From Candidatus Sericytochromatia bacterium (GTDB lineage: Bacteria; Cyanobacteriota; Sericytochromatia; UBA7694): 64,000 bases of DNA. Every line of letters begins with the position of its first letter. The stretch's first letter is position 1. This document shows positions 36,340 through 46,458 of the stretch, piece by piece. The stretch covers positions 218,823-282,822 of the forward strand of contig CAXRDE010000025.1 in the NCBI GenBank assembly GCA_964229355.1, in the 5' to 3' direction. The notes under the pieces are model-generated. The model saw nothing but the letters and a program-made list of their open reading frames with translations, was not told the origin of the DNA and ran no database searches. Position numbers and translations under genes: made by a program.

Positions 36340-37296
36340 ATGTCTACCCCATCCCAGGCCAAACCCGGCCTTCACCCCCGCAACCCCCACCGCTTTCGCT
36401 ACGATTTTGCGGCCCTGCTCAAGAGTTATCCTGAGCTCAAAGTCTTTCTGATCGAAACGCCACGGGGCGACACCAGCATTAATTTTGCCAATGCCAAAGC
36501 CGTTAAAGCATTAAACCGCGCCTTGTTGGCCCATTTTTACAAATTGAAAGATTGGGACATTCCCGAAGGCTATTTGTGCCCCCCCATTCCCGGTCGCGCT
36601 GACTACATTCACCACCTGGCGGACATTCTGGCAGAGACCCATCAGGGCATTATTCCCACGGGCGCACGGGTCAAAGCCCTGGACATCGGCACCGGTGCCA
36701 GCGTGATTTACCCGATTATTGGGCACCGTGAATACGGCTGGTCTTTTGTGGCCAGCGAGTTTGACCCCACCGCTGTCAAGGCCGCCGAAGACCTGCTGCA
36801 CAACAACCCCGATCTGGAACGCCGCATTGAGGTCCGTCAACAGCGCTTTAAAACCAACATTTTTAAAGGGGTGGTGCAGGATCATGAGGTGTATGACATG
36901 ACCCTCTGCAATCCACCCTTTTACAGTTCTGCCAAAGCCGCACAAGCCGCCAACCAACGCAAAAACCGCAATTTAAAACGCCCCGTGGGCAAAACCAAGC
37001 GCAATTTCGGGGGACAGGATCATGAACTGTGGTTCCCCGGCGGTGAGCGCGCCTTTGTGGAAAATATTATTCGTGAGAGCAAGGACCTGGGCGAGCGTTG
37101 CCTGTGGTTTAGTGCCTTAATCTCGGATCAGGACCACCTGCCCAAACTGCAGCACGTGCTGCAAGAGGTGGGGGCCGACACCCATCTGGTGCGCGAGATG
37201 GCCCAGGGCCAAAAGAGCAGTCGCTTGCTGGTGTGGAGTCACCAGAGCGCTTCCGATCGCCAGCAATGGGTCAAACGGCGCTGGGGCAAGGCTTAA
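36340..37296 (+). CDS. rlmF: 23S rRNA (adenine1618-N6)-methyltransferase RlmF
   Basis: The N-terminus KPGLHPRNPHRFRYDFAALL and the NPPF-type motif LCNPPFYSS are colinear with E. coli RlmF/YbiN. Confidence 0.85.
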   Translation: MSTPSQAKPGLHPRNPHRFRYDFAALLKSYPELKVFLIETPRGDTSINFANAKAVKALNRALLAHFYKLKDWDIPEGYLCPPIPGRADYIHHLADILAETHQGIIPTGARVKALDIGTGASVIYPIIGHREYGWSFVASEFDPTAVKAAEDLLHNNPDLERRIEVRQQRFKTNIFKGVVQDHEVYDMTLCNPPFYSSAKAAQAANQRKNRNLKRPVGKTKRNFGGQDHELWFPGGERAFVENIIRESKDLGERCLWFSALISDQDHLPKLQHVLQEVGADTHLVREMAQGQKSSRLLVWSHQSASDRQQWVKRRWGKA

Positions 37297-37299
37297 AAC

Positions 37300-38607
37300 C
37301 TAGGCCTCCGATTGATCATAGTCGGGTTCTTCCAGGCGGGCAATCACGGCGGTAGCCACAATGTCGCCCGCCACATTGAGCACCGTGCGGGACATGTCTA
37401 AAATGCGATCCACACCCAAAATAATGGCGATGCTTTCACCAGGGGCGCCCACGGAGATCAAAATGCTGGCCATAAGCGGCAAGGAACCCCCGGGCACACC
37501 AGCGGTACCCACCCCCGCGAGAATCGACATAAACACCACGGTGGCCTGCTGAGCCAGGGTCAGCTCCACCCCAAAGCACTGGGCCAAAAACAGCACGGTC
37601 ATGCCTTCAAAAAGCGCCGTTCCGTTTTGATTGGCCGTGGAGCCAATGGTGAGGACAAAATGGGCGATTTTTGGAGGCAGCTTGAGCTTTTCTACCGAGA
37701 CCTGAATGGCAGTGGGTAAGGTGGCGTTGCTCGAAGAGGTGCCAAAGGCCGTGATCATGACCTCTTGAATCTTTTTAAAAAAGTCCAGCGGAGACAGCTT
37801 TGCCACAAATTTAAGGATCAAACTGTAGACGCCAAACAATTGCAGGGCCAGAGCCAAAAGCACCGTGAACACGTAATAGAGCAAGACCTGCAACAGGGCC
37901 ATTCCGGTGGAGGATACCAGCACAAACAAAAGCGCCGCCACCCCGTAGGGGGCCAACTTCATGCCAAAGCCAATGACCTGCATGACCACTTCATAGACGC
38001 CTTCTAAAAAGGCCTTCACGGGAGCCACTTTTTCTTGATCAGACACCGACAGGGCCAGGCCCAGAATCAGGGCAAAGCACATAATGGCCAGTAAGCCACC
38101 GCCCGTATAGCCGCTTTCAAAAGCCCGCGCCATGTCTTCAAAGGGGTTTTTGGGCACCAGTTTCACCAGGGTGTCGGCAAATGAAGTCACCGGCGCACTT
38201 TGTAAGCCCTGTTGGAGTTTTTCACCCTGGCTGCCAAACTGGGCCATGAGCAACTGGCGATTGGCTTCGGTCAGGCTCTGGGCAGGCTGTAAAAGGTTAA
38301 ACACCCCCAGCCCCACCAGCACCGAGCTGCCTGAAGCCAGCACCGTATAAACCAGGGTTTTCAAGCCAATGCGGCCGATGCGACTCACGTCGCCCAGCTC
38401 CGCCATCCCCAGGGTTAACGCCGATAAAATCAAAGGGATCACCATCATAAACAGCAGGCGCATAAACAAATCGCCCACGGGCTTCACCCATTGATTAATG
38501 GCAGCGATGGTGTCGGCAGAAAGTCCCAGCCATTGCACACAGGCACCGGCCACAACGCCGACCACCATGCCGATCAGAATTTGGGTATGAAGGGGCATAA
38601 GAAGCAA
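37300..38607 (-). CDS. Dicarboxylate/amino acid:cation symporter (DAACS family)
   Basis: The 435-aa multi-TM protein has the conserved DAACS C-terminal region (NQNGTALFEGMTVLFLAQ, DRILDMSRT...NVAGD). Confidence 0.9.
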   Translation of the reverse strand: MLLMPLHTQILIGMVVGVVAGACVQWLGLSADTIAAINQWVKPVGDLFMRLLFMMVIPLILSALTLGMAELGDVSRIGRIGLKTLVYTVLASGSSVLVGLGVFNLLQPAQSLTEANRQLLMAQFGSQGEKLQQGLQSAPVTSFADTLVKLVPKNPFEDMARAFESGYTGGGLLAIMCFALILGLALSVSDQEKVAPVKAFLEGVYEVVMQVIGFGMKLAPYGVAALLFVLVSSTGMALLQVLLYYVFTVLLALALQLFGVYSLILKFVAKLSPLDFFKKIQEVMITAFGTSSSNATLPTAIQVSVEKLKLPPKIAHFVLTIGSTANQNGTALFEGMTVLFLAQCFGVELTLAQQATVVFMSILAGVGTAGVPGGSLPLMASILISVGAPGESIAIILGVDRILDMSRTVLNVAGDIVATAVIARLEEPDYDQSEA

Positions 38608-38618
38608 TCCTCTATTTC

Positions 38619-41564
38619 TTAAAACGTCGGCCCAAACAAGGGCTCATACACGGGTTTCCACAGGCGGTCATAACCTAAACCAACCCCCAGAATAAAACTG
38701 GCACCCAGTTGGGAAGTGGCGGGCAACTTGCCCTGAAACACATAGGTGTCAGCAAAAAAGCGCAAAGACAAATTATCGGTAAGCGACAGGCGCAGCGAAG
38801 ACACCCACTGGGCCGTTAGGCCCAGACTGGAGGCATTGTCGTTGGGCGAGGGCAAGAAGTAGCGGGCGTCTAAGTCGTTGTGCCAGGTGAGAGCGCTGTT
38901 GACAGGCTGCTCGTGCACAAACTTAAGGTCCACACCGCCCTCTAAGTTATTGGGCACGTTAAAATCTCGGCGCAAGGCCAGACCGGTTTTAAAGGTTTTT
39001 AAACGGTCACCGCCGGGAATACTGAGTCCAAAGACCCCCCGCAATTCGGACTGCAGGGGATTGCGCTGCTGGGTGTCTGCATTGAGCGTTGGGGTAAATT
39101 CGGTGTCATAAAACCCCTCCAGAAAAGGGGTTAGCGACAACTGGGCGTCAAACAGGGAAAACTTAAACAAGCGCAATTGCAATTCGCTCGAAAACAGCAG
39201 ATCATCCTGGTTTTCAGTAAACCGCTCCCCGGCGTCAGTGGCCGTCACATCCACCACCGACAGGCCTTCATACTTGGCCTGGATGGCATTGGTCCAGCCC
39301 ATCCAGGGATTGTCTAAACCGCTATAAAGACGGGTACGGGCCCCAAAATTAAAGCTATTGGGGGAGATGACACGGGTTTCCCGCACCTCAGTATAAGCCT
39401 GGTTGTTGACGGCATTGTACCCACTAATATTCAATTGCAAATCGTCGAGCCCCAGGGTAAACAGGGTTTGTTTTTCGTGCCAACGGGGCCGCATGCGTTG
39501 GGCCAGCTGTGCTGCGGTGTCGGGTTGTTGGGCCAGCTGTTCCAGCTCTTTTAATAACACATTGCGCAAATAAATATCGCGGGGGGCCTGATTGGGAGCG
39601 CCCTGCAACACCTGCTGCACGGCACTTAAGCGGGCTACCCCTGAGGGCATCAGCACCCGGTAATACACTTTTTTGCCGCCCAGGGGCCGCCCCCACACGG
39701 TGTTATCGCTGGTGCGCAATCCGCCAAAGGTCAGTTTTTCGCTGGTGATCTGACTTAACGCTTTAAGCTGGTCTCCGTTGAGGGTGTACATATGCAGGGT
39801 GTCGTTCAGCTTGAGCCGCTCGTACACCAACATACGGGGCATGGCTCCCGGTACGCTCAGCGCATCCTGACCACTTGCCTTAAACACCACCACCTCGCTC
39901 TGGTAGCGATCCATCAACAGGTTCATTTCTAAGTTGTACAACAGTTCGCGGGTAATATACGGCTGGTAAATTTGCAAGAACTCTGTATCAGAAAGGGCGC
40001 GATAACCACTGAGGCGCTCCCGGGCAGCTAACGTGGTGGCCGAATTTAAAAAGAGTTTTAACAATTCGGGGTCATTGCGCAGCACGGGCCCCATATTGGG
40101 AATCAGTTCGTCCAGCGCATCTTTATACACGTCCTGGCGAATGGCCAAAATCGCGGGTAAAAAACGGGGCAAAGGGGGCAAATCAAAGGTAATGGGGTAC
40201 AGTTCACTGCGCAATTGCAAGTGCTGGTTATCAGCATGGACATGAATTTTGCTCAATGCATGGGCGTTGCTGCGCGGTACAAAAGCCCGGGGGGGACTAT
40301 CGATGGGGGTGGTTTGTGAGGCCTCTAGCTTTTGCAAGGGCGATTCGGTATCGGTCAGCACCAAATGGGCATCGCGGTTGTATTTTTCAAGGGCCTGCAA
40401 TTGGCTTTCATTGAGATCCCCCAGAATGACGACCACATCGGGCTGCGCTTCGCGTTTTAACAGGGGTAGAACCTGCTCTAACGCCGTGCGGGGCGGTAAG
40501 ATTTCAGTGTCTTCAGAAATCACCTCAAGGGCGCGCAAGGCATTGATCTCTTCGGGATCTGTCAGCCCAATAAACGCAATTTTTTTGTCGCCCACCTGAT
40601 GCGTTTTATACGGGGGGAACACATAGGTGCCTTGCTGACGAATACTGGCGGAAATAAAGGGCAATTGATGGGTTTCTTGCTCCCGTAACAGATTGAGCAG
40701 TCCACCCCGCAGCTCTTCTTTGCCCACATTAATGGCAAAATAGCCCATTTGCTGCGCCATCTTAAGGGAGTTGGCACGCTGCAGAGACAAATGGTCCGTC
40801 AACACGGAGCTTAACCCTTCCAGGAGGTTCCCTGAGTCCACCAGCAAACTGTCGGGCGTGCGCAGGCGCTCAATGAGGGCCATACGGCGTGTGCCCTCGC
40901 CAAAGGGTTTTCCAATGAGCTGTAGGGTACTGCTGGCCTGGGGAGCACCGTCCGTACGCTGAAAATGCAAATCAAAACCCAGGACCATTTCCCACAGCAA
41001 GGGATTATCAGGGCGTTCCTTAACCGCTTCAGGTAAACGCAAGTGCTGGACGCCGCCAGGATAGGTGGTCAGAACTGCATCCTGCCAGCGCACCTGCTTT
41101 TGATAACGGGGATGGGCCTGAATAAAGGCGCTCAGAGCCTGAAACAAGTCAGGATCGCTACCGGGCAAGATTAAACTGTCATTTGCAGTGAGTACCCGCA
41201 GGTTTTCGCGACGCAGCGGTACCGTGGACGGAGCATCCGCTAAAAAAGGTTTTAGCGCGGCAACCCCAAATTGATTGCCCCACAGATAGTGTCCCTGGGC
41301 GTGAAAGTACACGGTGGTACGGGCCACGCCAAAATCTTGAATGGCCAGGGCCTGACTTTGATTTTGGACAAAGTCAGAGGTCATAAAGTAAGGCAAACGC
41401 ACGTCGTAAAGATAACTCGAAGCCAGACCTTTTATGTCTCCCGTATGAAAAATATTCACATCAAGAGAGGCGTTCTGTGCCCAAAGGGGAAGACAAAGGA
41501 CACCGCTCAGTCCCAGGCCGAGCAAAAGCTGAGGAAAAAATCGAGGCATGGTAAAGGTTCTCAA
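38619..41564 (-). CDS. Large (981 aa) secreted protein, possibly outer-membrane beta-barrel at the C-terminus
   Basis: It has a signal peptide. The C-terminal third has alternating hydrophobic patterns and ends in ...FGPTF (terminal Phe as in OMPs). No catalytic motif recognised. Confidence 0.6.
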   Translation of the reverse strand: MRTFTMPRFFPQLLLGLGLSGVLCLPLWAQNASLDVNIFHTGDIKGLASSYLYDVRLPYFMTSDFVQNQSQALAIQDFGVARTTVYFHAQGHYLWGNQFGVAALKPFLADAPSTVPLRRENLRVLTANDSLILPGSDPDLFQALSAFIQAHPRYQKQVRWQDAVLTTYPGGVQHLRLPEAVKERPDNPLLWEMVLGFDLHFQRTDGAPQASSTLQLIGKPFGEGTRRMALIERLRTPDSLLVDSGNLLEGLSSVLTDHLSLQRANSLKMAQQMGYFAINVGKEELRGGLLNLLREQETHQLPFISASIRQQGTYVFPPYKTHQVGDKKIAFIGLTDPEEINALRALEVISEDTEILPPRTALEQVLPLLKREAQPDVVVILGDLNESQLQALEKYNRDAHLVLTDTESPLQKLEASQTTPIDSPPRAFVPRSNAHALSKIHVHADNQHLQLRSELYPITFDLPPLPRFLPAILAIRQDVYKDALDELIPNMGPVLRNDPELLKLFLNSATTLAARERLSGYRALSDTEFLQIYQPYITRELLYNLEMNLLMDRYQSEVVVFKASGQDALSVPGAMPRMLVYERLKLNDTLHMYTLNGDQLKALSQITSEKLTFGGLRTSDNTVWGRPLGGKKVYYRVLMPSGVARLSAVQQVLQGAPNQAPRDIYLRNVLLKELEQLAQQPDTAAQLAQRMRPRWHEKQTLFTLGLDDLQLNISGYNAVNNQAYTEVRETRVISPNSFNFGARTRLYSGLDNPWMGWTNAIQAKYEGLSVVDVTATDAGERFTENQDDLLFSSELQLRLFKFSLFDAQLSLTPFLEGFYDTEFTPTLNADTQQRNPLQSELRGVFGLSIPGGDRLKTFKTGLALRRDFNVPNNLEGGVDLKFVHEQPVNSALTWHNDLDARYFLPSPNDNASSLGLTAQWVSSLRLSLTDNLSLRFFADTYVFQGKLPATSQLGASFILGVGLGYDRLWKPVYEPLFGPTF

Positions 41565-41660
41565 GGCATGTTTTTGTTGTTCTTAAGCATACCGGAAAAG
41601 CTGCAGCCTTGTTATACTTGAGTGCAAAATATTCAAAACATATGAGATAGAGGTCACTTC

Positions 41661-41999
41661 ATGAACACCCGCACATTAACCCTCCGCCTGATGGCTCTTA
41701 TGGCCATTGCCAGTTTCGGCGCCACATCTTGCTACCCTGAACTGTACGAAGAAAAAGACACCTATTTAGAGGCCATTAAAACCTCGCAGCAGGGCATTGG
41801 TCACGGCGGCGAAGAGCACGGTGAAGAGCACGGTGAAGAGCACGGCAAGGGTGAGCACGGCGAAGAGCACGGGGGTGACGCCACCCATGGCGATGCAACA
41901 AATCATGGCGATGCTGCCCACGGTGACGACACCCACGGGGAAGGTCATGACAAAGGCCATGACAAAGCCAATAGCGAATCTCACGGCGAAGGCCACTAA
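41661..41999 (+). CDS. Histidine-rich lipoprotein with (GEEHG)n repeats
   Basis: It has a signal peptide plus lipobox (GATSC). Residues 50-112 are about 35% His, with repeated GEEHGEEHGEEHGKGEHGEEHG, HGDATHGDATNHGDAAHGDDTHGEGHDKGHDK. Confidence 0.6.
   Translation: MNTRTLTLRLMALMAIASFGATSCYPELYEEKDTYLEAIKTSQQGIGHGGEEHGEEHGEEHGKGEHGEEHGGDATHGDATNHGDAAHGDDTHGEGHDKGHDKANSESHGEGH
41808..41870 (+). repeat. Tandem 12-nt repeats GG(C/T)GAAGAGCAC (5 units, one degenerate) encoding the GEEH repeats
   Basis: Read directly. Confidence 0.85.
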
Positions 42000-42015
42000 A
42001 AAGACCGCAAGGCCC

Positions 42016-42885
42016 TTATTTTTGAATCAGGGCCTTTACCAGCTGTTCTGCGCGCACAATGTCCCCTAAAAACACCCGTTCATCTTTTTGATGATAAGGG
42101 TAAATGGCCGGTTCTACCGCCACACAGGGAACCACGTGCGCGTCTTGCTGTTGATTCAAACAGCGGCCGTAATTTAAATAGTCATTGGTGTTATTGGTCA
42201 GATGCAAATGGGGGTCCACGCTTAAAGCCCATTGCTCTAATTCTGCGGTGGCCTGCTGCAGGGCAGCAGAGGCCGTGAGGCCGTTTTTCTCCCAGTGTTT
42301 GGAGTACAGGGCCACGCCGGGCTCCCCGCGAAACAAGGGGGTCGTGTCGATGGTAATCACCCGTGAAGGCAAGGGCAGGTGCTCCAGCACATAAGCAGAC
42401 AGTCGCTCAGCCCCGATGCCCGAGTATAAGCCCGCCCCGCCTTCAAACAAGCGTTCCGGATGGCGTTTCAGCCCAAAACTTTCTTCCATTTCTGAAAATA
42501 GCAGATACAGGGTGGGAAAGCGCTCAATCGGACTTTGAAACATCAGACTCAGGGCCATTCCAAGGCCCACCGTATCATCCATTTGCCCGGTAATTTCCTG
42601 GTTATCGACGCTCACGGGCAAGCGCGCTGGCGGCTGCGTGGGGGTTCCCGCTTCGTGAAAGTGATCAATTTTATCCAGGTGGGCTGACAGCGCCACCGGG
42701 GGAGCGTCATCTCGCCCCTGTACCTTGATCAAAAGATTGTGTCGCGGCACAGGTATCAGCTCCGCATAGGGACAACGGTCCACCAGCTCCTGAATCAAAG
42801 GGTGTAAACGGTCTTCATAGGAACTAAAAGCGGGGACCTCTGCACAAGCCTGAATGAGCTGAAGGGTGGAAGGAGTCGATGACAT
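42016..42885 (-). CDS. Putative metallopeptidase-like hydrolase, hypothetical
   Basis: It has SAHLDKIDHF and DDTVGLGMAL, which resemble M42/M20-type metal-binding segments. The assignment is weak. Confidence 0.4.
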   Translation of the reverse strand: MSSTPSTLQLIQACAEVPAFSSYEDRLHPLIQELVDRCPYAELIPVPRHNLLIKVQGRDDAPPVALSAHLDKIDHFHEAGTPTQPPARLPVSVDNQEITGQMDDTVGLGMALSLMFQSPIERFPTLYLLFSEMEESFGLKRHPERLFEGGAGLYSGIGAERLSAYVLEHLPLPSRVITIDTTPLFRGEPGVALYSKHWEKNGLTASAALQQATAELEQWALSVDPHLHLTNNTNDYLNYGRCLNQQQDAHVVPCVAVEPAIYPYHQKDERVFLGDIVRAEQLVKALIQK

Positions 42886-43015
42886 ACAACACGGGCCTTT
42901 TCGTTTTTGTTTTCACGTTAGCAAAGTCCGAGCGGCAAAACTGTGAGTCCTTCACATTTGTCTCTTGACAGGAGCGCCTTCCTCTCTTACGGTGAAGGCA
43001 GAAAAAGAGGTGTTT

Positions 43016-44083
43016 ATGAAAACCATTGATCGTTCTTGCCCTGTCATGGTGACAGGTGCCACAGGTTATGTGGCCGGTTGGCTGGTCAAACGGCTACTGG
43101 AGGAAGGCTTAACCGTCCATGCACCGGTCCGCAACCCCGATAACCTGGAAAAGCGGAAATACTTAGACGCCCTTGCCGAAAAAACCCCGGGAAATATTCG
43201 CTATTTTAAAGCCGATCTACTGGATGAAGGCTCTTATGACGAAGCCATGGCCGGGTGTGAACTGGTTTTTCATACGGCTTCACCGTTTTTGAGTCAGGTG
43301 AAAGACGCCCAGCGGGATCTGGTGGACCCCGCCCTGAAAGGCACTTTAAATGTGTTAAACAGCGTGGAGCGCACCCCCAGTGTCAAACGGGTGGTGTTGA
43401 CCAGTTCCTGTGCGGCCATTTATGGCGATAATAAAGATCTCCAGGCCCTTCCCGATGGCACCCTGACCGAAGCGGTATGGAACACCTCTTCCAGTTTGAC
43501 CCATCAGGCTTATTCTTACTCCAAAACCATCGCCGAAAAGGCCGCCTGGGATCAGGTAAAACAGCAGAGCACACCGGAGCGCTGGGATCTGGTGGTGGTG
43601 AACCCTTCGCTGGTGATTGGCCCGGGCATTAACCCCTACGGCACTTCAGAAAGCTTTCAAATCGTCAAGCAACTGGGAGACGGCACCATGCGCATGGGCG
43701 CCCCCGACTTAGAAATTGGCGTTGTTGACGTCCGGGATCTTGCAGAAGCGCACGTTCAGGCCGGGTTTCGTCCAGCGGCGGAAGGACGCCATATTGTCTC
43801 CGCCGAAGACAGCAGCATTCTGACACTGGGGCAATTGCTGGGCAAACGCTTCGGCTCGGCTTACCCTTTTCCCAAAAAGCCACTGCCCAAAGGCCTTCTG
43901 TGGCTTCTGGGACCTTTTGTGGGGTTTTCTCGCCAAATGATTCAACGCAATCTGGGTTATCCCTGGCGTGCCGATAACACCAAAAGCAAAACCGCACTGG
44001 GCATCAATTACCGACCCGTAGAAACCTCCATTGTCGAATTTTTTCAACAATTGATCGATCACGACATTGTATCCCCGCGCTAA
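43016..44083 (+). CDS. NAD-dependent epimerase/dehydratase family SDR (cinnamoyl-CoA/dihydroflavonol-reductase-like)
   Basis: It has the Rossmann motif VTGATGYVAGWLVKRLL and the YxxxK segment YSYSK. The start was set at the ATG with an AAAGAGG RBS (43016). Confidence 0.85.
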   Translation: MKTIDRSCPVMVTGATGYVAGWLVKRLLEEGLTVHAPVRNPDNLEKRKYLDALAEKTPGNIRYFKADLLDEGSYDEAMAGCELVFHTASPFLSQVKDAQRDLVDPALKGTLNVLNSVERTPSVKRVVLTSSCAAIYGDNKDLQALPDGTLTEAVWNTSSSLTHQAYSYSKTIAEKAAWDQVKQQSTPERWDLVVVNPSLVIGPGINPYGTSESFQIVKQLGDGTMRMGAPDLEIGVVDVRDLAEAHVQAGFRPAAEGRHIVSAEDSSILTLGQLLGKRFGSAYPFPKKPLPKGLLWLLGPFVGFSRQMIQRNLGYPWRADNTKSKTALGINYRPVETSIVEFFQQLIDHDIVSPR

Positions 44084-44159
44084 GCACTGCGACACAGGGA
44101 GCATGCCAGAAGCATCAGTTATGTTAAAATAAAGCAAACACCACATAAAGGAGCGCGCT

Positions 44160-45590
44160 ATGGGAAACTTACCTCCCGTTCATAACGCTTCAAGCCCCTC
44201 CCTTTACACACCCCGCACAGCCCCTGAGCCTCGCGGCATAAGTACGTCCCCTGAGTCCGCCACGCCGCCCGAGGAAGCATCTTCTTTACAGGACACCGCT
44301 TCTTTGGCTTACCGTCCCCTGAAAAAAGGCCTGGCAAAGCCCATGATGGATATGCAGTCCCTGTTTGCCGTCGGCCCCCTGGAGGATCTTTCCGGGACGC
44401 CCATCGGACAGGACGAGCGCGGCATCGTGGTCTATCTGGGCGAGCGTCTACACCAGCATCTTGCTGACGAAAAAGAAGCCCTGGCGCTGGCCCGTCAGCG
44501 AGGCAGCGTTCTGGACCAGCCCGACAGTGCCGTGGTGCAAAACCGCAGCGGTACGTACGACCTGTACAACCTTGAGCGCGATCGCGGATCCTGGCGCAAA
44601 GAAGAGCACGATTTTAACGGCTATCATCGCCTGCGAGCCGCTCAATTTCAAGATCCGGGCACCCGAGGCGATCGTTTGACTGCCGTGGTGTCTGAAGACA
44701 AACAGGTACGTTACCTGGGCTCAGAACCCAGCCCGGCCCGTTACCCACAAATTGCCAACCCTGCCCCTTTATTGCCCACTAACGCGCCCGCCGCCCTGCG
44801 CCAGGAAACCGTCCAGCATTTACGGGGACAGGCTGTAGCTGTGCTACATCGCCTGGAAGCCATGGAGAAAGACCTTGGCGCCCAAAAGGATCACCGGGGC
44901 GTTTTTAGCGCCATGTATCGGGTGATCACCGAACGGGGCGTCGCTGAGCTGGACCGCTTTATTGCCCAGGGAGATTTGCGCGCGGCAGAATTTGAGGGGG
45001 CCCTACTGGTTAATTTTGCCAACCGTTATTTTGCCGCCTATGATGCCTACGCCGCAGGAAACATGGCCGAAGTCCCTGAGGTGTGGCGTTCAGCGTTTGA
45101 CGGGGGACGTCACGCAGAATCCCAGAATTATCCCAAAGCCAGCGTCACCGAAATTGTCAGCTCATCAATGATTGCCCACATTATTAACGATTTGCCCCAA
45201 ACCCTGCAAGACATTGGCTACCCTGCCGCCAGCGATCGCCAAAAGCTCGACGCGGTTTACGACAGCTTTAACGGTGCACTGATGGAGGAAAAAAGTCGTA
45301 TTATGGACGCTGTGGCAACCCATTACGGCCACACCGACATGCATTTTTTGGACAGCCTGGCCACCACCTTACTGACACCTCATGTCTGGGGCCCTGCCGG
45401 CGATAACATTCCCGAGCTGCTCAAACGCCCCTGGGGACAGCAGATAACGCAACGGGCGCAGGGTGAAGTCTTTACCCTGATGCGCACCCTGGCAAAACAG
45501 CGCGCGCTCAGTGATTCACCCTCTGAGATTCAACACAAAGCACGGGGCATCTCTGATGCAGCCCGCATCTTAACACCAGGCGGCAACTAA
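44160..45590 (+). CDS. Hypothetical protein with disordered S/T/P-rich leaderless N-terminus
   Basis: It is a 476-aa ORF with no signal peptide. The first ~60 residues are rich in S, P and T. The remainder is helical (HRGVFSAMYRVITERGVAELDRFIAQGD...). Confidence 0.55.
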   Translation: MGNLPPVHNASSPSLYTPRTAPEPRGISTSPESATPPEEASSLQDTASLAYRPLKKGLAKPMMDMQSLFAVGPLEDLSGTPIGQDERGIVVYLGERLHQHLADEKEALALARQRGSVLDQPDSAVVQNRSGTYDLYNLERDRGSWRKEEHDFNGYHRLRAAQFQDPGTRGDRLTAVVSEDKQVRYLGSEPSPARYPQIANPAPLLPTNAPAALRQETVQHLRGQAVAVLHRLEAMEKDLGAQKDHRGVFSAMYRVITERGVAELDRFIAQGDLRAAEFEGALLVNFANRYFAAYDAYAAGNMAEVPEVWRSAFDGGRHAESQNYPKASVTEIVSSSMIAHIINDLPQTLQDIGYPAASDRQKLDAVYDSFNGALMEEKSRIMDAVATHYGHTDMHFLDSLATTLLTPHVWGPAGDNIPELLKRPWGQQITQRAQGEVFTLMRTLAKQRALSDSPSEIQHKARGISDAARILTPGGN

Positions 45591-45599
45591 AGGGGGCTG

Positions 45600-46436
45600 T
45601 CAGGCAGCGGGTTCTTCCTCAAGGGGGGTGAGCTGCTCAGGGGCATAGTCCACCAAAAACAACAGGGTCATTAAGGGAAGTAGGGTTTTGGCCAATAAAT
45701 AGGCCATATACGTGAGCATGACCACGAGCACCTGGCCGGTTAACGCCGACAGCACAAAAAACACGTGTACCATCACCCAGGCCGCTGCAAGGGGCAATAA
45801 AGGTCGCCAGGCCTGCAGCATAAAACGTCGACTAAAACGCCAGGCTTCACGCCAGCGCATGCCGTACAGCACCACGTTATAGGGCCAAAAGAAAATACTC
45901 AGTAAAAACAGGCCCAACACCCCCATGGCCGCGAAGAAAATCACCAACACCTTGCCAATTTGCGCCTGCAATTCGGGTTGCCCTTGCACAAAGGCCCAGA
46001 GTTTTTGATTGTCTCCGGCGGCCGCCAGGTTTTGCAGCTCCGTGAGCACTTCCGTTTGGGGCGCGGGCACCACAAAATTAATGGCCAGCGAACTCACAAA
46101 CATGACCGCCAGCAGCACGAGCAACAAATAGCCGCCGCCCACCAACATGCGTCCCGCATGCAGCGAAACCCCCGAGAAAAAATCTCCCCAGGTCGTCCGA
46201 TATCCGGGCTGTAGCGCAATGCGCTTCATCTGATAAAACCAGCCCCCCAGTACCACCAGATGTAGGTAAATCATCAGCACGAAGAGCAGCGGGTTTAAAC
46301 CGCCTGCCTGTCCCCCCAGTAAAAAGAGGCTGAACAGGGTTTCTAGCATCATGATGCCAAAGAGAATCCAATTGTTTTGTAATAAAGCCCAGGCACGGGC
46401 TGTAAGCGCCCGAATGCCGGTGTGTTGTAATGTCAT
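45600..46436 (-). CDS. Polytopic membrane protein, hypothetical
   Basis: It is 278 aa with about 6 TM helices. Confidence 0.55.
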   Translation of the reverse strand: MTLQHTGIRALTARAWALLQNNWILFGIMMLETLFSLFLLGGQAGGLNPLLFVLMIYLHLVVLGGWFYQMKRIALQPGYRTTWGDFFSGVSLHAGRMLVGGGYLLLVLLAVMFVSSLAINFVVPAPQTEVLTELQNLAAAGDNQKLWAFVQGQPELQAQIGKVLVIFFAAMGVLGLFLLSIFFWPYNVVLYGMRWREAWRFSRRFMLQAWRPLLPLAAAWVMVHVFFVLSALTGQVLVVMLTYMAYLLAKTLLPLMTLLFLVDYAPEQLTPLEEEPAA

Positions 46437-46458
46437 GAAAGCGTGTTATTTCGGCCTT

